From Mobula hypostoma (taxonomy: Eukaryota): 64,000 nt of DNA. Positions 63,290 to 64,000 of the stretch are shown here, piece after piece (the stretch's first letter is position 1; the number at the start of each line of letters is the position of its first letter). The notes beneath the pieces were generated by a model, which was given only the letters and a program-made list of their open reading frames with translations, did no database searches and had not been told where the DNA came from. The position numbers and the translations under genes are program-made. Location of the stretch: assembly GCF_963921235.1 (NCBI RefSeq), contig NC_086101.1, positions 31,620,001-31,684,000 of the forward strand, given 5' to 3'.

Positions 63290-63874
63290 GGGATAGACAA
63301 ATTGGGGAATAGACTAAGAACAATGATTAACTAATGATCAATTATCTTGCTTACCTTAGTTTACTGTTTTGGACAGTCAGAATGAAGCTTTACCCAGCAG
63401 CCGGTGACGTACTAGTCATTATTGTCTAAAGATAGGCAAAGGCTCAAATAAGGAGCTATCTGATCATGCAGAAGCATCAAGGTGTAGCTAAATATGGGAA
63501 GAACAGTGTAGGGGTTAGAATGTTCTAGAGAAAAGGGGAAGCTGTCCAAATGAGGAACTGATGGGCTAGCTTTGGCTTAAAATAATTATAACTGACTAAC
63601 CAATGATCATTTTACATCTAATTGCATCTTAGCATGTGATTAAAATGATTCTAATATTGTCTAAACTTGTAATCCTAAGATTTCCTGCTACCTGATCAAT
63701 GTTATAAATTGTGGAGAATTGTGTAATTCGGGGGCAGTGTCCGGACTAGCTCTTTGGGAGATCAGTCTGTAACTTCCACCATAGCATACTGTGAATAAAG
63801 AGTAAAAGTTTGAGAAAGAATTGTGTTAGTCTATTTGTGGTATTGTTCTTGCATCAGGTCAATTTACCGTGACA
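63290..63874 (+). mobile_element. Probable solo LTR (ERV-like)
   Basis: TATA-like gttataaatt at about 63701, AATAAA at about 63795, ends ...gtgaca; left boundary not resolved. Confidence 0.35.
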
Positions 63875-64000
63875 CCTCAGCACCTCTGACATTTGAACCT
63901 TCTCCCTATTTAGATAATAGCCTGCACTATAGTTCTTCCTACAAAAATGTATCATACATTTCCCAAAACAATTCCATCTGACACTTTTTACCCATTCTTC

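Noticed and set aside
1-64000. CRISPR arrays, rRNA or tRNA genes, prokaryotic systems
   Set aside because: No regularly spaced repeats or RNA-gene structure seen; tRNA-like bits are SINE heads or primer-binding sites, and the sequence is intron-containing vertebrate DNA.

Overview
Eukaryotic, transposon-dense genomic DNA, most likely from a cartilaginous fish (shark or ray). This is inferred from the MHC sequence and the CR1/Rex/Penelope/Tc1/Gypsy repeat landscape. The only host gene I can support is a minus-strand MHC class II beta-chain gene with three in-frame exons and canonical splice sites: beta1 56354-56623, beta2 48404-48688 and connecting peptide/TM 43539-43655. It looks atypical. 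The peptide-anchoring His81/Asn82 are Ile/Thr, the beta2 NGDW motif is DGDW, and a Glu replaces a conserved Gly in the TM helix. Its leader exon, cytoplasmic exon and any alpha-chain partner are not identifiable in the window. The left half holds a diverged segmental duplication (about 1-10150 vs about 20187-36970) whose copies differ by later insertions and a deletion. Other elements are a Gmr1-type Gypsy with integrase before RT, two further Gypsy elements in the MHC introns, a full-length CR1 directly behind the TM exon, hAT elements carrying a captured CR1 tail, CTCF-like motifs, and an orphan S-X-Y-like class II promoter module at about 14.9 kb. Identities and alignments were judged by eye; no database searches were run.
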